64,000 nucleotides of DNA from a virus, in the IMG/VR virus record IMGVR_UViG_3300009431_000003. One strand, written 5' to 3'. Each line of letters starts with the position of its first letter. The first letter of the stretch is position 1. Both the position numbers and the translations under genes were made by a program. Positions 1-8,773 of this stretch are shown one piece after another. Below the pieces are notes generated by a model. That model worked only from the letters and a program-made list of their open reading frames with translations, did not search any database and was not told the origin of the DNA.

Positions 1-137
1 TCTGTTGCCCCAGCAAATTTGCTATGAACCGCTCGAAGAATTTCTTCATGTAATTCATAATTAAAGGCAATAGGGCCTGGCAATAAAGAAGTGTCGAGCT
101 GCAACGCTCCTTCTTTATTAATAAAAACAATACTCAT
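1..137 (-). CDS. hypothetical protein, runs off window edge
   Basis: ATG at 137 with GAGAGG RBS, ATGA overlap with upstream gene, open to position 1. Confidence 0.6.
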   Translation of the reverse strand, partial: MSIVFINKEGALQLDTSLLPGPIAFNYELHEEILRAVHSKFAGAT

Positions 138-514
138 AATTTCCTCTCTTTCATAGCGGTACTATAAATACCGACCACATCGCTTTTTGTTATTTTTGCA
201 ATAATATCCTGTTTATGAAGGAAACAAAACTGTTGCTTCCCTTCTAACCAGGCATCCAACCGCTGAGCTCCTTGAAGGTATCTCCTAAACAAGATACGAT
301 CACCAACCCCTACCCCAACAATAAACCGCTTTTTAAAAGAACCTACACTTCTTAACTCTCCCAGGCCGATAGAAATAACCTTCCCAGTTCCGCAAATAGA
401 AGTATCTACTTTATTGTCCCTTTCATACAGAATTAGATTAGATACCTCCTTCGGAACGGGATCTATAGCAATAAGACTCCAAGGACCGCACGCACTAATT
501 TTCTGTACTTTCAT
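134..514 (-). CDS. GroES/Cpn10-like co-chaperonin (divergent)
   Basis: GKVISIGLGE...VGVGDRILF...FLHKQDIIAKI matches the GroES beta-barrel pattern. Confidence 0.7.
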   Translation of the reverse strand: MKVQKISACGPWSLIAIDPVPKEVSNLILYERDNKVDTSICGTGKVISIGLGELRSVGSFKKRFIVGVGVGDRILFRRYLQGAQRLDAWLEGKQQFCFLHKQDIIAKITKSDVVGIYSTAMKERKL

Positions 515-893
515 CGTTTTCCTTCTGTGTCTTTTTTATGTCAGCCAAAGATCTTCCCTTATTTTCTAAAGAAATCGGAAGAGCGGATTGCACTTCCTTC
601 TGTTTGGCTGATTCCTCTATAATCTTACGGCGATGTAGAGCTTTACGTACCTCGTCCGCAACCCAAGTAGTTGCGACGGTAAACGTAACTGGTTTCTTTC
701 CTTTTAAATCTCCAGAAATATAAAAATATTCCCCAAGAAAGTACCCAAGCCGTTTAATTTCCTGTCCTTTGTGATCATATCCATGTACCGCTACAAGAGC
801 AATTGGTTCCACAGCGTCAATAGTTTTTGGCGGCCCACTAGTCGCCGATGGTGCCTGGTGCTCCAGTTTGAGAGAGGTTCTTCTTTCCGACAT
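495..893 (-). CDS. hypothetical protein
   Basis: AAGGAG RBS, packed co-directional block. Confidence 0.65.
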   Translation of the reverse strand: MSERRTSLKLEHQAPSATSGPPKTIDAVEPIALVAVHGYDHKGQEIKRLGYFLGEYFYISGDLKGKKPVTFTVATTWVADEVRKALHRRKIIEESAKQKEVQSALPISLENKGRSLADIKKTQKENDESTEN

Positions 894-1128
894 CTGTATT
901 CTCCTTTATTTCCTGTTGAAGATCTATATCCATTGGGTATGGAAGTCTGCAATGACACTCAATAACAGGCAGGTTATCAAGTATCCGTACCTCCTGTACC
1001 TGGCCACACAAAGTACAAATCAGACTATCCGGATCCTTCCCTGCCAGAGTTCTCAGAAAACGGTCTATTTTCATTTCTATTCTCATCTGACTTCTTGCTA
1101 AGCGAACAAGCATCATGTGTTTTATCAT
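838..1128 (-). CDS. hypothetical Zn-ribbon protein
   Basis: CTLC...CHC, GAGGGAG RBS. Confidence 0.55.
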   Translation of the reverse strand: MIKHMMLVRLARSQMRIEMKIDRFLRTLAGKDPDSLICTLCGQVQEVRILDNLPVIECHCRLPYPMDIDLQQEIKENTDVGKKNLSQTGAPGTIGD

Positions 1129-1609
1129 TTACAACTCCCTCAGTTATTCGATAAACAATCGCAGCGCTCTCACTAACAACAGGGCCAAGATGAAAAGTTG
1201 TACCATTATCAAAGGTTATTGATCGAAGAATTAACCCATCATTACGTAAATGCCCTTCAAAGTCCACAATCTTACCCGAAAAAGCCTGATCAATCCGTTC
1301 ACAGGAAATATCCAACTCTTCCAGCTCACCTACTTGAGTAAGAAAACGAAGATATCTTCCATCCTCTACTTTTATAGGGTCGGTAGAACAAGCCTCAAGG
1401 TCTTGTGAAGCTCTAGGGTGGGTAAGAGACACTACGGCCCCATCACATTCTTCCTTACGACATCGCCCTGTTGGGCTCTGCTCAAAAAGAGAGAATGTCT
1501 TATCTCCTCCAGGAATCTCATTGTTTTGTTCGTCGGTATGAAAAATGTGCGTGATTCGGTGGCACTTTGTACAATAAGTCGCATAAGTAACGGGCGGTTT
1601 TTCAATCAT
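1025..1609 (-). CDS. hypothetical protein with N-terminal Cys cluster
   Basis: CTKC...C-x4-C, ATGA overlap. Confidence 0.65.
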   Translation of the reverse strand: MIEKPPVTYATYCTKCHRITHIFHTDEQNNEIPGGDKTFSLFEQSPTGRCRKEECDGAVVSLTHPRASQDLEACSTDPIKVEDGRYLRFLTQVGELEELDISCERIDQAFSGKIVDFEGHLRNDGLILRSITFDNGTTFHLGPVVSESAAIVYRITEGVVNDKTHDACSLSKKSDENRNENRPFSENSGREGSG

Positions 1610-1950
1610 AGTTGAGGCACTCCTTCCGGCCCAATATCTTCCGGAGGTACAGTATTTTCCGTCTGCTCTTCAGCAAGGCCATCAAATCCCCCATCATTTT
1701 GATACATATAACCAACCTCCGCCATTTGTTTCTCTATTGTTGGTGGAGACTGAGACATTACCGGCTTTGGTATAGGAGGCATATCCACTTTTCGTGTGTC
1801 ATTCACGTTCTCGCTTTTAGGCCCCAACAAAAGTTCCTTAGCCATTTTCTGAGCCACTTCCTCAGGTACCTCAAATTTCAGAAGTTGTCCATCGTTCGTC
1901 GTACATACCGCAATATATACAGTATGCGTATCAATATGAAGAATTTTCAT
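1606..1950 (-). CDS. hypothetical protein
   Basis: AAGGGG RBS, packed block. Confidence 0.65.
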   Translation of the reverse strand: MKILHIDTHTVYIAVCTTNDGQLLKFEVPEEVAQKMAKELLLGPKSENVNDTRKVDMPPIPKPVMSQSPPTIEKQMAEVGYMYQNDGGFDGLAEEQTENTVPPEDIGPEGVPQL

Positions 1951-1951
1951 C

Positions 1952-2368
1952 TTATCCCCTTTTTATGAGTCCTTTTCGTACCGCCTCTTCTCTTTGCCGC
2001 AAAATCTCCGCCCCTTTTGAGGTCCGTGTGTTAATCCTCTCGTGAGGTAATGTATCCAGTGGCCGCACCTGTAAAGGCCCTGCTTCAACAAACTTTTTAA
2101 GCACTTCAGCCTGTGTATCTTTATCTTCAGCCGCTCCTTTTGCAATAAAGGGCAGTACTGCATTAAAAAACTTCTTCCAGAGCTTTGGGTACTCTTTACT
2201 TTCTGAATTTGCAAGGGCAGCAACACCTGCAACAACAGCCTCCATTCTTCTTTGCATCACCATCAAACATATTGCCTCCGCCGGGGAATATCTTTCTGGG
2301 TACCCACGCTGTTTTTCATAAAGAAGGTTTGCGCGATACCACCCCTGCGGAGACTCTATCCATTTCCC
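1952..2368 (-). CDS. tail assembly chaperone, frameshifted (GT-like) extension
   Basis: -1 frame from slippery GGGAAAT (plus 2362-2368) is open (GKWIESPQGWYRANLLYEKQRGYPERYSPAEAICLMVMQRR...) straight into ORF 1952..2266. Confidence 0.75.
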   Translation of the reverse strand, partial: GKWIESPQGWYRANLLYEKQRGYPERYSPAEAICLMVMQRRMEAVVAGVAALANSESKEYPKLWKKFFNAVLPFIAKGAAEDKDTQAEVLKKFVEAGPLQVRPLDTLPHERINTRTSKGAEILRQREEAVRKGLIKRG

Positions 2369-3531
2369 AGGTCGAGCCCCGCAAGCTCTTCCCTGACTCG
2401 GAGCTTAAACCACTGATAGTGAGTATATAGCTCCATAAATAAAATAGAAGATATCCGCTCAATCTCAGAAAACTTCTTTTTCAGTTTATCCTCATCAATC
2501 TCATGCTGCCCTTCCGAGCCAATCGCCGTCGGATTTGTAAATCCCCTATCATTAATTGTTTCCAAGCCAAAAGCAAGTTCATACTTTTGAACGAGCTGTT
2601 GATAATCAAGCCGGCCAGCCGGAGCAGTATCCGCTACTCTTCCAGTAATAAAATGGTCCTCTCCCGTATACAACGTCCGAAAGGTTGCATTAAATTTCTT
2701 TCCGGAATCAAGAGGAACAATTTGATTTACCTTACCTTCAAGAAGGAGCCCTTCAATCTCTAGTTTTGGGCACCTTCTTCGTACCAGTTCCCGCCTTTCC
2801 GGGTTACCATAAATACCGTGGGCACGAGTAATAGGATCAACAATATCATCCGGCAAGTCATAACCAAAACGCATTTTAGCGTGAACACGTTTCCTTAAGT
2901 CCGTATCAGCCAATCTCTTTTCGGTCTGAGTGAGCTCTGTAGCAGCAAAAGAGTCTTCAATTGATCGCTCAAAATCCTCTTCTTCCAGAACAGAGCTTTT
3001 CTTCTCTTCCAGCTCTGGCTCCAAATCTGCCACAAGGGGCTTTTTAGTTGGCTCCGCCTCTTTATTAGTGGAGGCAGCAATTGCTTCATCCGCTAAAGCT
3101 TCTTGTACCACATCATCAAAAGTAATATCAGTATCCGGCATGAGATCGTCTGTAACCTGCATACTCTCAGGAGGAGGTTCTTGTTGCTTAGTATTTTTCT
3201 TAAACTGATCTTGTACCTTAAAATACGCAGCACCCATACCCATAGGCACTTCACCAGACTGTATCTTCTGTTGTAGTTCTTCTGGTTTCATAGTCTGAAG
3301 CAGTCCCTGATCTCGAACTTGCTGTCCTCCAGCCCCCTTGCCTAAATCAATACTTGGGGCTTGTTCTGGCCGATTTCTCAAAATCGGAGTACCTTCACCC
3401 CTTTGCCGTTGAAGTTCAACAACCCAATCCTTTTCCCCGCCAGAGGCTTTTCCTTGTGACAATCTTTGATTAATCTCAAGGGGGGTCTCTCCGAGCTGAA
3501 CTGTGCTTTTTTTAGGTCCTTTTCCTGGCAT
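2356..3531 (-). CDS. putative tail assembly chaperone (G-like) with long low-complexity N-terminus
   Basis: C-terminal FRTL...Y-x-WF-x-x-RV region; ends CTG GGA AAT GGA TAG with an X XXY YYZ slippery site as in lambda G/GT. Confidence 0.7.
   Translation of the reverse strand: MPGKGPKKSTVQLGETPLEINQRLSQGKASGGEKDWVVELQRQRGEGTPILRNRPEQAPSIDLGKGAGGQQVRDQGLLQTMKPEELQQKIQSGEVPMGMGAAYFKVQDQFKKNTKQQEPPPESMQVTDDLMPDTDITFDDVVQEALADEAIAASTNKEAEPTKKPLVADLEPELEEKKSSVLEEEDFERSIEDSFAATELTQTEKRLADTDLRKRVHAKMRFGYDLPDDIVDPITRAHGIYGNPERRELVRRRCPKLEIEGLLLEGKVNQIVPLDSGKKFNATFRTLYTGEDHFITGRVADTAPAGRLDYQQLVQKYELAFGLETINDRGFTNPTAIGSEGQHEIDEDKLKKKFSEIERISSILFMELYTHYQWFKLRVREELAGLDLGNG
2362..2368 (-). promoter_or_regulatory. 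programmed -1 ribosomal frameshift site G GGA AAU
   Basis: canonical slippery heptamer one codon before the stop; -1 frame open for 136 codons. Confidence 0.75.
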
Positions 3532-3906
3532 TTATACTCTCCTTATTGTATTTGGGTCTCTTGCAGCACCCTCAAAGGGGGTCTCTTCTTTAGTGGTAGA
3601 AAGGGGGTATATTTTCTTTCCCGCAGTTCCCGGACTTGCCATACCCCCTCTCCACTTATTTTTACACTCCCGACAGTAGTATTGAAGTCGAGCATTTCCT
3701 GTTGGTCGCGCTGTAAAATTTCGCTTCTTACACTTGGGACAGTAGATAGAAAGCATTGTCTTTGTTGTATATGGCTTATCTTCTCTTTCAATTCCTCGCT
3801 CTAAAGGAAAGGCCTCCTTAACAGCATCAATTACATCATCTATAGCTGACCTGTCATCATAGAGATCAGTAATATTATCTGCTTTATGTGGTTTATCTTC
3901 GGACAT
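3532..3906 (-). CDS. hypothetical Zn-ribbon protein
   Basis: CPKC-x17-CREC, AAGGAG RBS. Confidence 0.7.
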   Translation of the reverse strand: MSEDKPHKADNITDLYDDRSAIDDVIDAVKEAFPLERGIEREDKPYTTKTMLSIYCPKCKKRNFTARPTGNARLQYYCRECKNKWRGGMASPGTAGKKIYPLSTTKEETPFEGAARDPNTIRRV

Positions 3907-4585
3907 AAAACTCCTTAATTTTACCGTGCCGATACCCAGTTAGTTTAGTATACATAGTATATACCTTACCAGCAGAGCCAAGATCAATTCTGATTCCATA
4001 AGGCGAGGTCTGAAATACAGCACCAAAAGGCTCCTCAGCCACCCACACTGTCCCAGCATGATAAAGATTGTGCTCGTACTGGGTAGCTATACCAGGAAGA
4101 AGAAATGGGCCTTTAAGGACCTCCTTCTCAATATCCTCCATAGTGCTCGGAAAGAGGAAACGAGTTTTTGTGGGGTCGAGACCTTTCAAATAAGTAATCA
4201 GATCAGCAGGGCTGATTGTACCCATCATTGTAGTTTCCAATCCAGCAAGGATAAACTCACCTACCTTATCCCGAAGCTGCTTCATCATTTTAACTAGTTC
4301 TTCCCCAAAAGAATTATAGACCAGAAGCTCCATCTCTGTTCGATCAACACGCAATAGCTCAACAGCCGGCGGGTCTAAAAACCACGAGGCGCCTTTAGGC
4401 GCCTTAGTTGGTATATCCAAACTGATCCTGTGATCAATAAGGTGGTAGACGTGCGGTGGGTTGTACTGGAAATACTCCTTTATATACGCCACCAACGGTC
4501 CCAGTTGCTCTGAAGCGGATAGTCTGGAAAATTTATCGAGGAATTCTGGATTTAATTTACTTTCTAACATAATCAGAAAATACAC
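3893..4585 (-). CDS. hypothetical protein, possible remote HK97-fold capsid paralogue (likely start ~4570)
   Basis: C-terminal GTVWVAEEPFG...strand pattern resembles jumbo-phage major capsid C-termini; weak, by eye. Confidence 0.45.
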   Translation of the reverse strand: MYFLIMLESKLNPEFLDKFSRLSASEQLGPLVAYIKEYFQYNPPHVYHLIDHRISLDIPTKAPKGASWFLDPPAVELLRVDRTEMELLVYNSFGEELVKMMKQLRDKVGEFILAGLETTMMGTISPADLITYLKGLDPTKTRFLFPSTMEDIEKEVLKGPFLLPGIATQYEHNLYHAGTVWVAEEPFGAVFQTSPYGIRIDLGSAGKVYTMYTKLTGYRHGKIKEFYVRR

Positions 4586-4613
4586 ATGCTATGTGCATTT
4601 GTCAAGTATAAAT

Positions 4614-4811
4614 TTAATGCCCTGAAGTTACTGGCCGAATTTGAGGTAAAAAGAATCTGGTTTTACAATTAGTACAGCGATACTCACTGGCTCCTCTAGC
4701 TTTATTATACCCCAACCTAATTGTCGATGGGCTCTTGCAATGAGGGCACGGAGCTTTTCCCAGCATTATTGTGCGGAAGGCTCCTTGGTCTTGTTGTTCC
4801 ATAATAAACAC
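4614..4811 (-). CDS. small Zn-ribbon protein
   Basis: CPHC-x-STIRLG-x-YRCTNCK-x-x-F. Confidence 0.55.
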   Translation of the reverse strand: MFIMEQQDQGAFRTIMLGKAPCPHCKSPSTIRLGYNKARGASEYRCTNCKTRFFLPQIRPVTSGH

Positions 4812-5061
4812 CCGTTTTAAAGGTTACTTGTTTTCCAAAGAACTCCGGCCCGAACTTATCCACATAAGCCTGGAATACTGACTCTCCAAGCTTCTCGGTT
4901 CTGGAGGCACCAAAAAACACAGAGACCTCAGTAGCATCTCCACCAGCTATAGCTACCGGCAGGACCGATATAAACGAAACACCGGGCAGAGTTATAAAAA
5001 TGCGTTCCATTCTCTTGGCAGCATTTGTCTTACTCTTTGAAACAAATGGGATAACTTTCAT
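4717..5061 (-). CDS. hypothetical protein
   Basis: ATG at 5061 with GGAGG RBS, abuts upstream stop at 5063. Confidence 0.6.
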   Translation of the reverse strand: MKVIPFVSKSKTNAAKRMERIFITLPGVSFISVLPVAIAGGDATEVSVFFGASRTEKLGESVFQAYVDKFGPEFFGKQVTFKTGVYYGTTRPRSLPHNNAGKSSVPSLQEPIDN

Positions 5062-5062
5062 A

Positions 5063-5644
5063 CTAATAGCCTCCCTGTGGAGGATTTGAAGGGTCAGTAT
5101 CAATATCCCAAGGCAGTGGCCATATCCCTTTCTCGTATACTTCCGCGGTTCTATGTACTCCATTTTGCCAAGGAGTAGTTTTAGCAATTGTAGGCGCCAG
5201 GCTTTGTATAAATCCTTCCCAAGCACTCTTTGCTGATGAATAAGTGGACATAATATAAGTTAATGAGGCATATAATCTACCTAATTCCTCTTCTACAAAA
5301 ATTGGGGGAAGCTTCCAGCGGGTAATCATATTAGCCAGGTCCTCAAGCTCTTCCGCAATACAAGCAAACGCTCTTTGTGCAGAGTCTGGAAAAGTAGGGT
5401 CTGCGGCAGCAGCACTAAAATGAAGTACTGCCACATTAATTTCTGTAACCATGTCTGTATAATCTTCGTCTGATCGTTCTGTATATTTTTCTATCCAAGG
5501 AGCTATTTCGTCAGAAAAAACAGTTAGTTGCTCAACTAAAAGGTCCAACTTCGCCTGATAGTCCACCTCTTCAATAACCTTAACAGCTGTTTGCTCGAAA
5601 GCTTCCTTGCCTTCTCCTCTGGCTCTATCATATAAATAGGACAT
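5063..5644 (-). CDS. hypothetical helical protein
   Basis: GGAGG RBS, packed. Confidence 0.7.
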   Translation of the reverse strand: MSYLYDRARGEGKEAFEQTAVKVIEEVDYQAKLDLLVEQLTVFSDEIAPWIEKYTERSDEDYTDMVTEINVAVLHFSAAAADPTFPDSAQRAFACIAEELEDLANMITRWKLPPIFVEEELGRLYASLTYIMSTYSSAKSAWEGFIQSLAPTIAKTTPWQNGVHRTAEVYEKGIWPLPWDIDTDPSNPPQGGY

Positions 5645-6241
5645 TTATACCTCCTTTGGGACATCCACCCTAAAATCCAGAATGATGTCTTGATCTGCCG
5701 GAGCGGTTTGCCATTCTTCCGCAAAGACTGTAAGCGCCTTCGGGAACGTACTGGGTAACGCTAATGAGAGAAACAAACCCCCATAAAAATGATTCTCAAT
5801 AGTAGGTATAGGTACAAAAAACTCAAACACATAAGTACTCAATGGAGCAATATCAATAGAAGGAGCAACAGGGATCTCCCCATACCCAAAGGCCCCCACA
5901 GGTAACCTATTTGCACTTCTATTTCCAGAAGTTACATACCAGGGCGCCTTCCCTTGATACGCAGCATAATCCATACCAGGCCAAAAAGTAACTATCTGAG
6001 TCTCTTGATTATTTACAATTGTAAGAGAGTAGATAAGGCCTCGCATATCCGGAGGAACAGAAGTCCCAGGGTATGAAGGAATTATTTTAGAGATATCAGC
6101 CTCCTCACGATGCTTCTTATAATTAAACCGAGCAACGGCGGAGCTTCCGGCCTTCCGCCCATAATAATCAAATGTCTTTCTGAGATTACCTATCAGAGTA
6201 CCAAACCAAGTAATCTGCCCAAGGTTAGTTTTATTTGACAC
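5645..6241 (-). CDS. hypothetical protein (possible virion protein)
   Basis: packed, beta-rich, late-type strand. Confidence 0.7.
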   Translation of the reverse strand: MSNKTNLGQITWFGTLIGNLRKTFDYYGRKAGSSAVARFNYKKHREEADISKIIPSYPGTSVPPDMRGLIYSLTIVNNQETQIVTFWPGMDYAAYQGKAPWYVTSGNRSANRLPVGAFGYGEIPVAPSIDIAPLSTYVFEFFVPIPTIENHFYGGLFLSLALPSTFPKALTVFAEEWQTAPADQDIILDFRVDVPKEV

Positions 6242-6242
6242 C

Positions 6243-7145
6243 TCAACCTCCCTGGAACAATTTCAAAAACGCTTTGTACAGCGCCTTTTCTTGTGTAGGA
6301 TATTGCTGTGTTATCGCAAACGGGAGAAATATCTCCCAAATAATTGGTTTACCTTCAAAATAACTATAATCGATACAGGCAAAGTCCAGCCCCAAATATT
6401 TAACGGCCTCAACAAGCATCTCTTGGTTTGGTTCATCTCCTTGTACATATTTTGCCGCCGTCTCCCGAGCAACATGAGATACAGGGCTGGTTTTAAGGCG
6501 CACCTCCCAATACTTTGACATCTGTAGTTGTCGTGGGTATGCACGATCACCTATTACAACTGCCCGATACTTAGAAAACACTCCGCCCTTAGATGTATCA
6601 ATAAATGCCTGGGACATAACCAAATCGGGCGGGCTTTCTACCTTACGAATATCTTCTTTGGCGTCAATCTTAATCAGCTTACCTCGACCGCCGTGGCCGG
6701 CCACACGACGAATTATTGCTGGATAAGTGGGAATATTGAGCTTATGAACGCCTTCAGCTACAGAAAATACTTTTGATACTGTAAAGCCTCCGGCAGCCAA
6801 ACGCTTGAGGCAATCATCTCTCCGCAAATATGGACTACATTTACGTATACTATTAAGGACTTTGCCAGTTGCATAGCTCTCTACCTGAGCATAAAAATCT
6901 TTTACAATAGGGGCGTAGTGTATTGTTTCCGGAGGAATAAACACCAAAGTCTGTCGATGGGCTAAAATATCCCTCGCCTGGTTAAGCATAGCTAACTTCA
7001 TTGCTTTAGCCATAAATGCCCGCTGACTAGGTCGAAGAACAACTACTCGATTAGTGTCCTGTTCCTGAATTAAGTACTCCCGGATACGCTCAATAAACCC
7101 CAAAGGGTTCCTTCCACAATGAGTAACAATGGTAGTATCCTTCAT
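6243..7145 (-). CDS. ATP-grasp fold protein
   Basis: YPAIIRRVAGHGGRG; SQAFID; KYRAVVIGD; LGLDFACIDY; IIWEI. Confidence 0.8.
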   Translation of the reverse strand: MKDTTIVTHCGRNPLGFIERIREYLIQEQDTNRVVVLRPSQRAFMAKAMKLAMLNQARDILAHRQTLVFIPPETIHYAPIVKDFYAQVESYATGKVLNSIRKCSPYLRRDDCLKRLAAGGFTVSKVFSVAEGVHKLNIPTYPAIIRRVAGHGGRGKLIKIDAKEDIRKVESPPDLVMSQAFIDTSKGGVFSKYRAVVIGDRAYPRQLQMSKYWEVRLKTSPVSHVARETAAKYVQGDEPNQEMLVEAVKYLGLDFACIDYSYFEGKPIIWEIFLPFAITQQYPTQEKALYKAFLKLFQGG

Positions 7146-7420
7146 AATAGTTCCGCAAAGACAAAAGGCTCTCGAAGAAGTAAGAAAGACTCGCCGTTCA
7201 TTTCTAATTTATCCGCAGAACGAGGCTCGAACAATACACGCATCCCTACAGATACTACTGTAGGACAAAATACTTTACCTTTCCATGCACCAGGTCCTTT
7301 GGCCAAGACCTTCCCAGTATCTGAAGGAGGAACCGCAGTATCTGGAAGTACCAGAGAAGTCTCCTCAAGTATTCTGGGTTTGTCGGGCCGGACAAGTACA
7401 AAGTCATGATACAGTTCCAT
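7142..7420 (-). CDS. groES: co-chaperonin GroES
   Basis: LYHDFVLVRP, LVLPD, TGKVLAKGPG, VSVGMRVLF, FLLLRE. Confidence 0.9.
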   Translation of the reverse strand: MELYHDFVLVRPDKPRILEETSLVLPDTAVPPSDTGKVLAKGPGAWKGKVFCPTVVSVGMRVLFEPRSADKLEMNGESFLLLREPFVFAELL

Positions 7421-7456
7421 AAATACCTCCAGATGAATACAGTAACACCATAATAG

Positions 7457-8227
7457 TTAAACGTAAAGACTTGCCTTTCTCCTTTTACCTGTACTTAGAA
7501 GACTTACCAAATACTCAGCCACTATTGGGAGCCCCCTCTCCATGCCTTCTGCAGTAAATTCAAGTACCCTATGATTTACCTCCAATACTTGAGGAGGATC
7601 GGAAGGTAGAATATCCACACCACCTATTCGGTACTTTCCAAGAATACTTGCCGCCTTAATCGCAAGACGCAGTGCGTCATCAGATAAATCACTTCCAGAC
7701 TCAACTGCTCCAAGAGAACCTTTACCATATGCCGCACGAAAACCGTCCTTAGCAATTCTTTTGGATACAGCGGCCACTTTATCACCGGCCACTAAAACCC
7801 TGTAACATACACCACCTGTTTCTATATATTCTTGGAGTATACCAGGAAGAAATATAGGTGTTGGATTGTGCCTAGTCATCTTCCTTATACTCATAGAGTG
7901 AGATAAATTAATTGGTTTTAAGACTGCCGGAAGCTTAATCTGTTTTAGTGCTTTATAGTACCCAGGAATATCAGAAACATACAAAGAAGCAGGAGTTAAA
8001 ATCTTTCTGTTACAGAAAGATTTATATTGCTGTATTTTATTAAAAACTATTCCATTTACCTGCTTAGGTTTAAAATACATGGAAGGGCGAGTAATTGAGT
8101 GGAAATAAGTAACCGGCGCCCGTTTTATTGACCAAGACAAGATTACTTTTACACCAAGAGACTCAATCGCCCTTTTTAATGCCTGAGTATCTTTGTTCTT
8201 TGATGAGCCATATATCTGTATTGCCAA
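7457..8227 (-). CDS. RimK-family ATP-grasp ligase
   Basis: PAVLKP..SHS, ILQEYIE, YRVLVAGDKV, GGVDIL, VLEVN. Confidence 0.85.
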   Translation of the reverse strand: MAIQIYGSSKNKDTQALKRAIESLGVKVILSWSIKRAPVTYFHSITRPSMYFKPKQVNGIVFNKIQQYKSFCNRKILTPASLYVSDIPGYYKALKQIKLPAVLKPINLSHSMSIRKMTRHNPTPIFLPGILQEYIETGGVCYRVLVAGDKVAAVSKRIAKDGFRAAYGKGSLGAVESGSDLSDDALRLAIKAASILGKYRIGGVDILPSDPPQVLEVNHRVLEFTAEGMERGLPIVAEYLVSLLSTGKRRKASLYV

Positions 8228-8247
8228 TATAATTTATTCCTTTATTC

Positions 8248-8257
8248 CATAAGAGTA
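8248..8257 (+). promoter_or_regulatory. recurrent CATAAGAGTA motif (putative phage promoter)
   Basis: exact copies at 8248, 23799, 46615, 51503, 57962, all + strand, at or near gene boundaries upstream of + genes. Confidence 0.55.
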
Positions 8258-8290
8258 GTAACAAACAACAAGATTAGCAAGGAGTTTAGT

Positions 8291-8749
8291 ATGAATAAAA
8301 AACAATTTATTTCTATGATTCTTATTGTTATCGGTATAATTTTGGGATGCCTGACAGTACATAGTCGTATGTCTCAAGGGTGTAGTTTCGAAGGCATTCC
8401 TCTCCATGGGTATGTACGGGTCGTGGAATGCTTTGGGGACATTAAAGTCCAGGAAGTACAATCTCCGCCTATTGACTTGTATGTAAAATGGGTAGATGCT
8501 TTCCCTGATACCTGTGGCCAATGGAAACAAGTTGGTGCTTTTGAAGACTTCACAATAGAATTTACCGACTTGCTTCCAGACATACGAGTCAAGTTTGTGC
8601 ATGGGTTTCCTGACAGCGGAGACTCATCTAACAGGGACGATGCTCCAAACAATGAAGATACTATGGACGACGACGATGAGTGGGCCGGAAAACCTTACGG
8701 CCCTCCGGATAACGACACAAAAACAGAAACTTGTGGAGGAACTTACTAA
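8291..8749 (+). CDS. secreted/membrane protein with beta-repeat domain resembling the 7_1 septoil-knot family, acidic tail
   Basis: N-terminal hydrophobic helix; GIPLHGYVRVVE, KWVDAFPDTCGQW, KFVHGFPD repeats. Confidence 0.55.
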   Translation: MNKKQFISMILIVIGIILGCLTVHSRMSQGCSFEGIPLHGYVRVVECFGDIKVQEVQSPPIDLYVKWVDAFPDTCGQWKQVGAFEDFTIEFTDLLPDIRVKFVHGFPDSGDSSNRDDAPNNEDTMDDDDEWAGKPYGPPDNDTKTETCGGTY

Positions 8750-8773
8750 AGTTCCTTTACTTTGGAGAACAAA

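Noticed and set aside
4614-4811. IS1 InsA / transposase remnant
   Set aside because: Only a Zn ribbon is present; there is no catalytic domain, terminal inverted repeats or target duplication.
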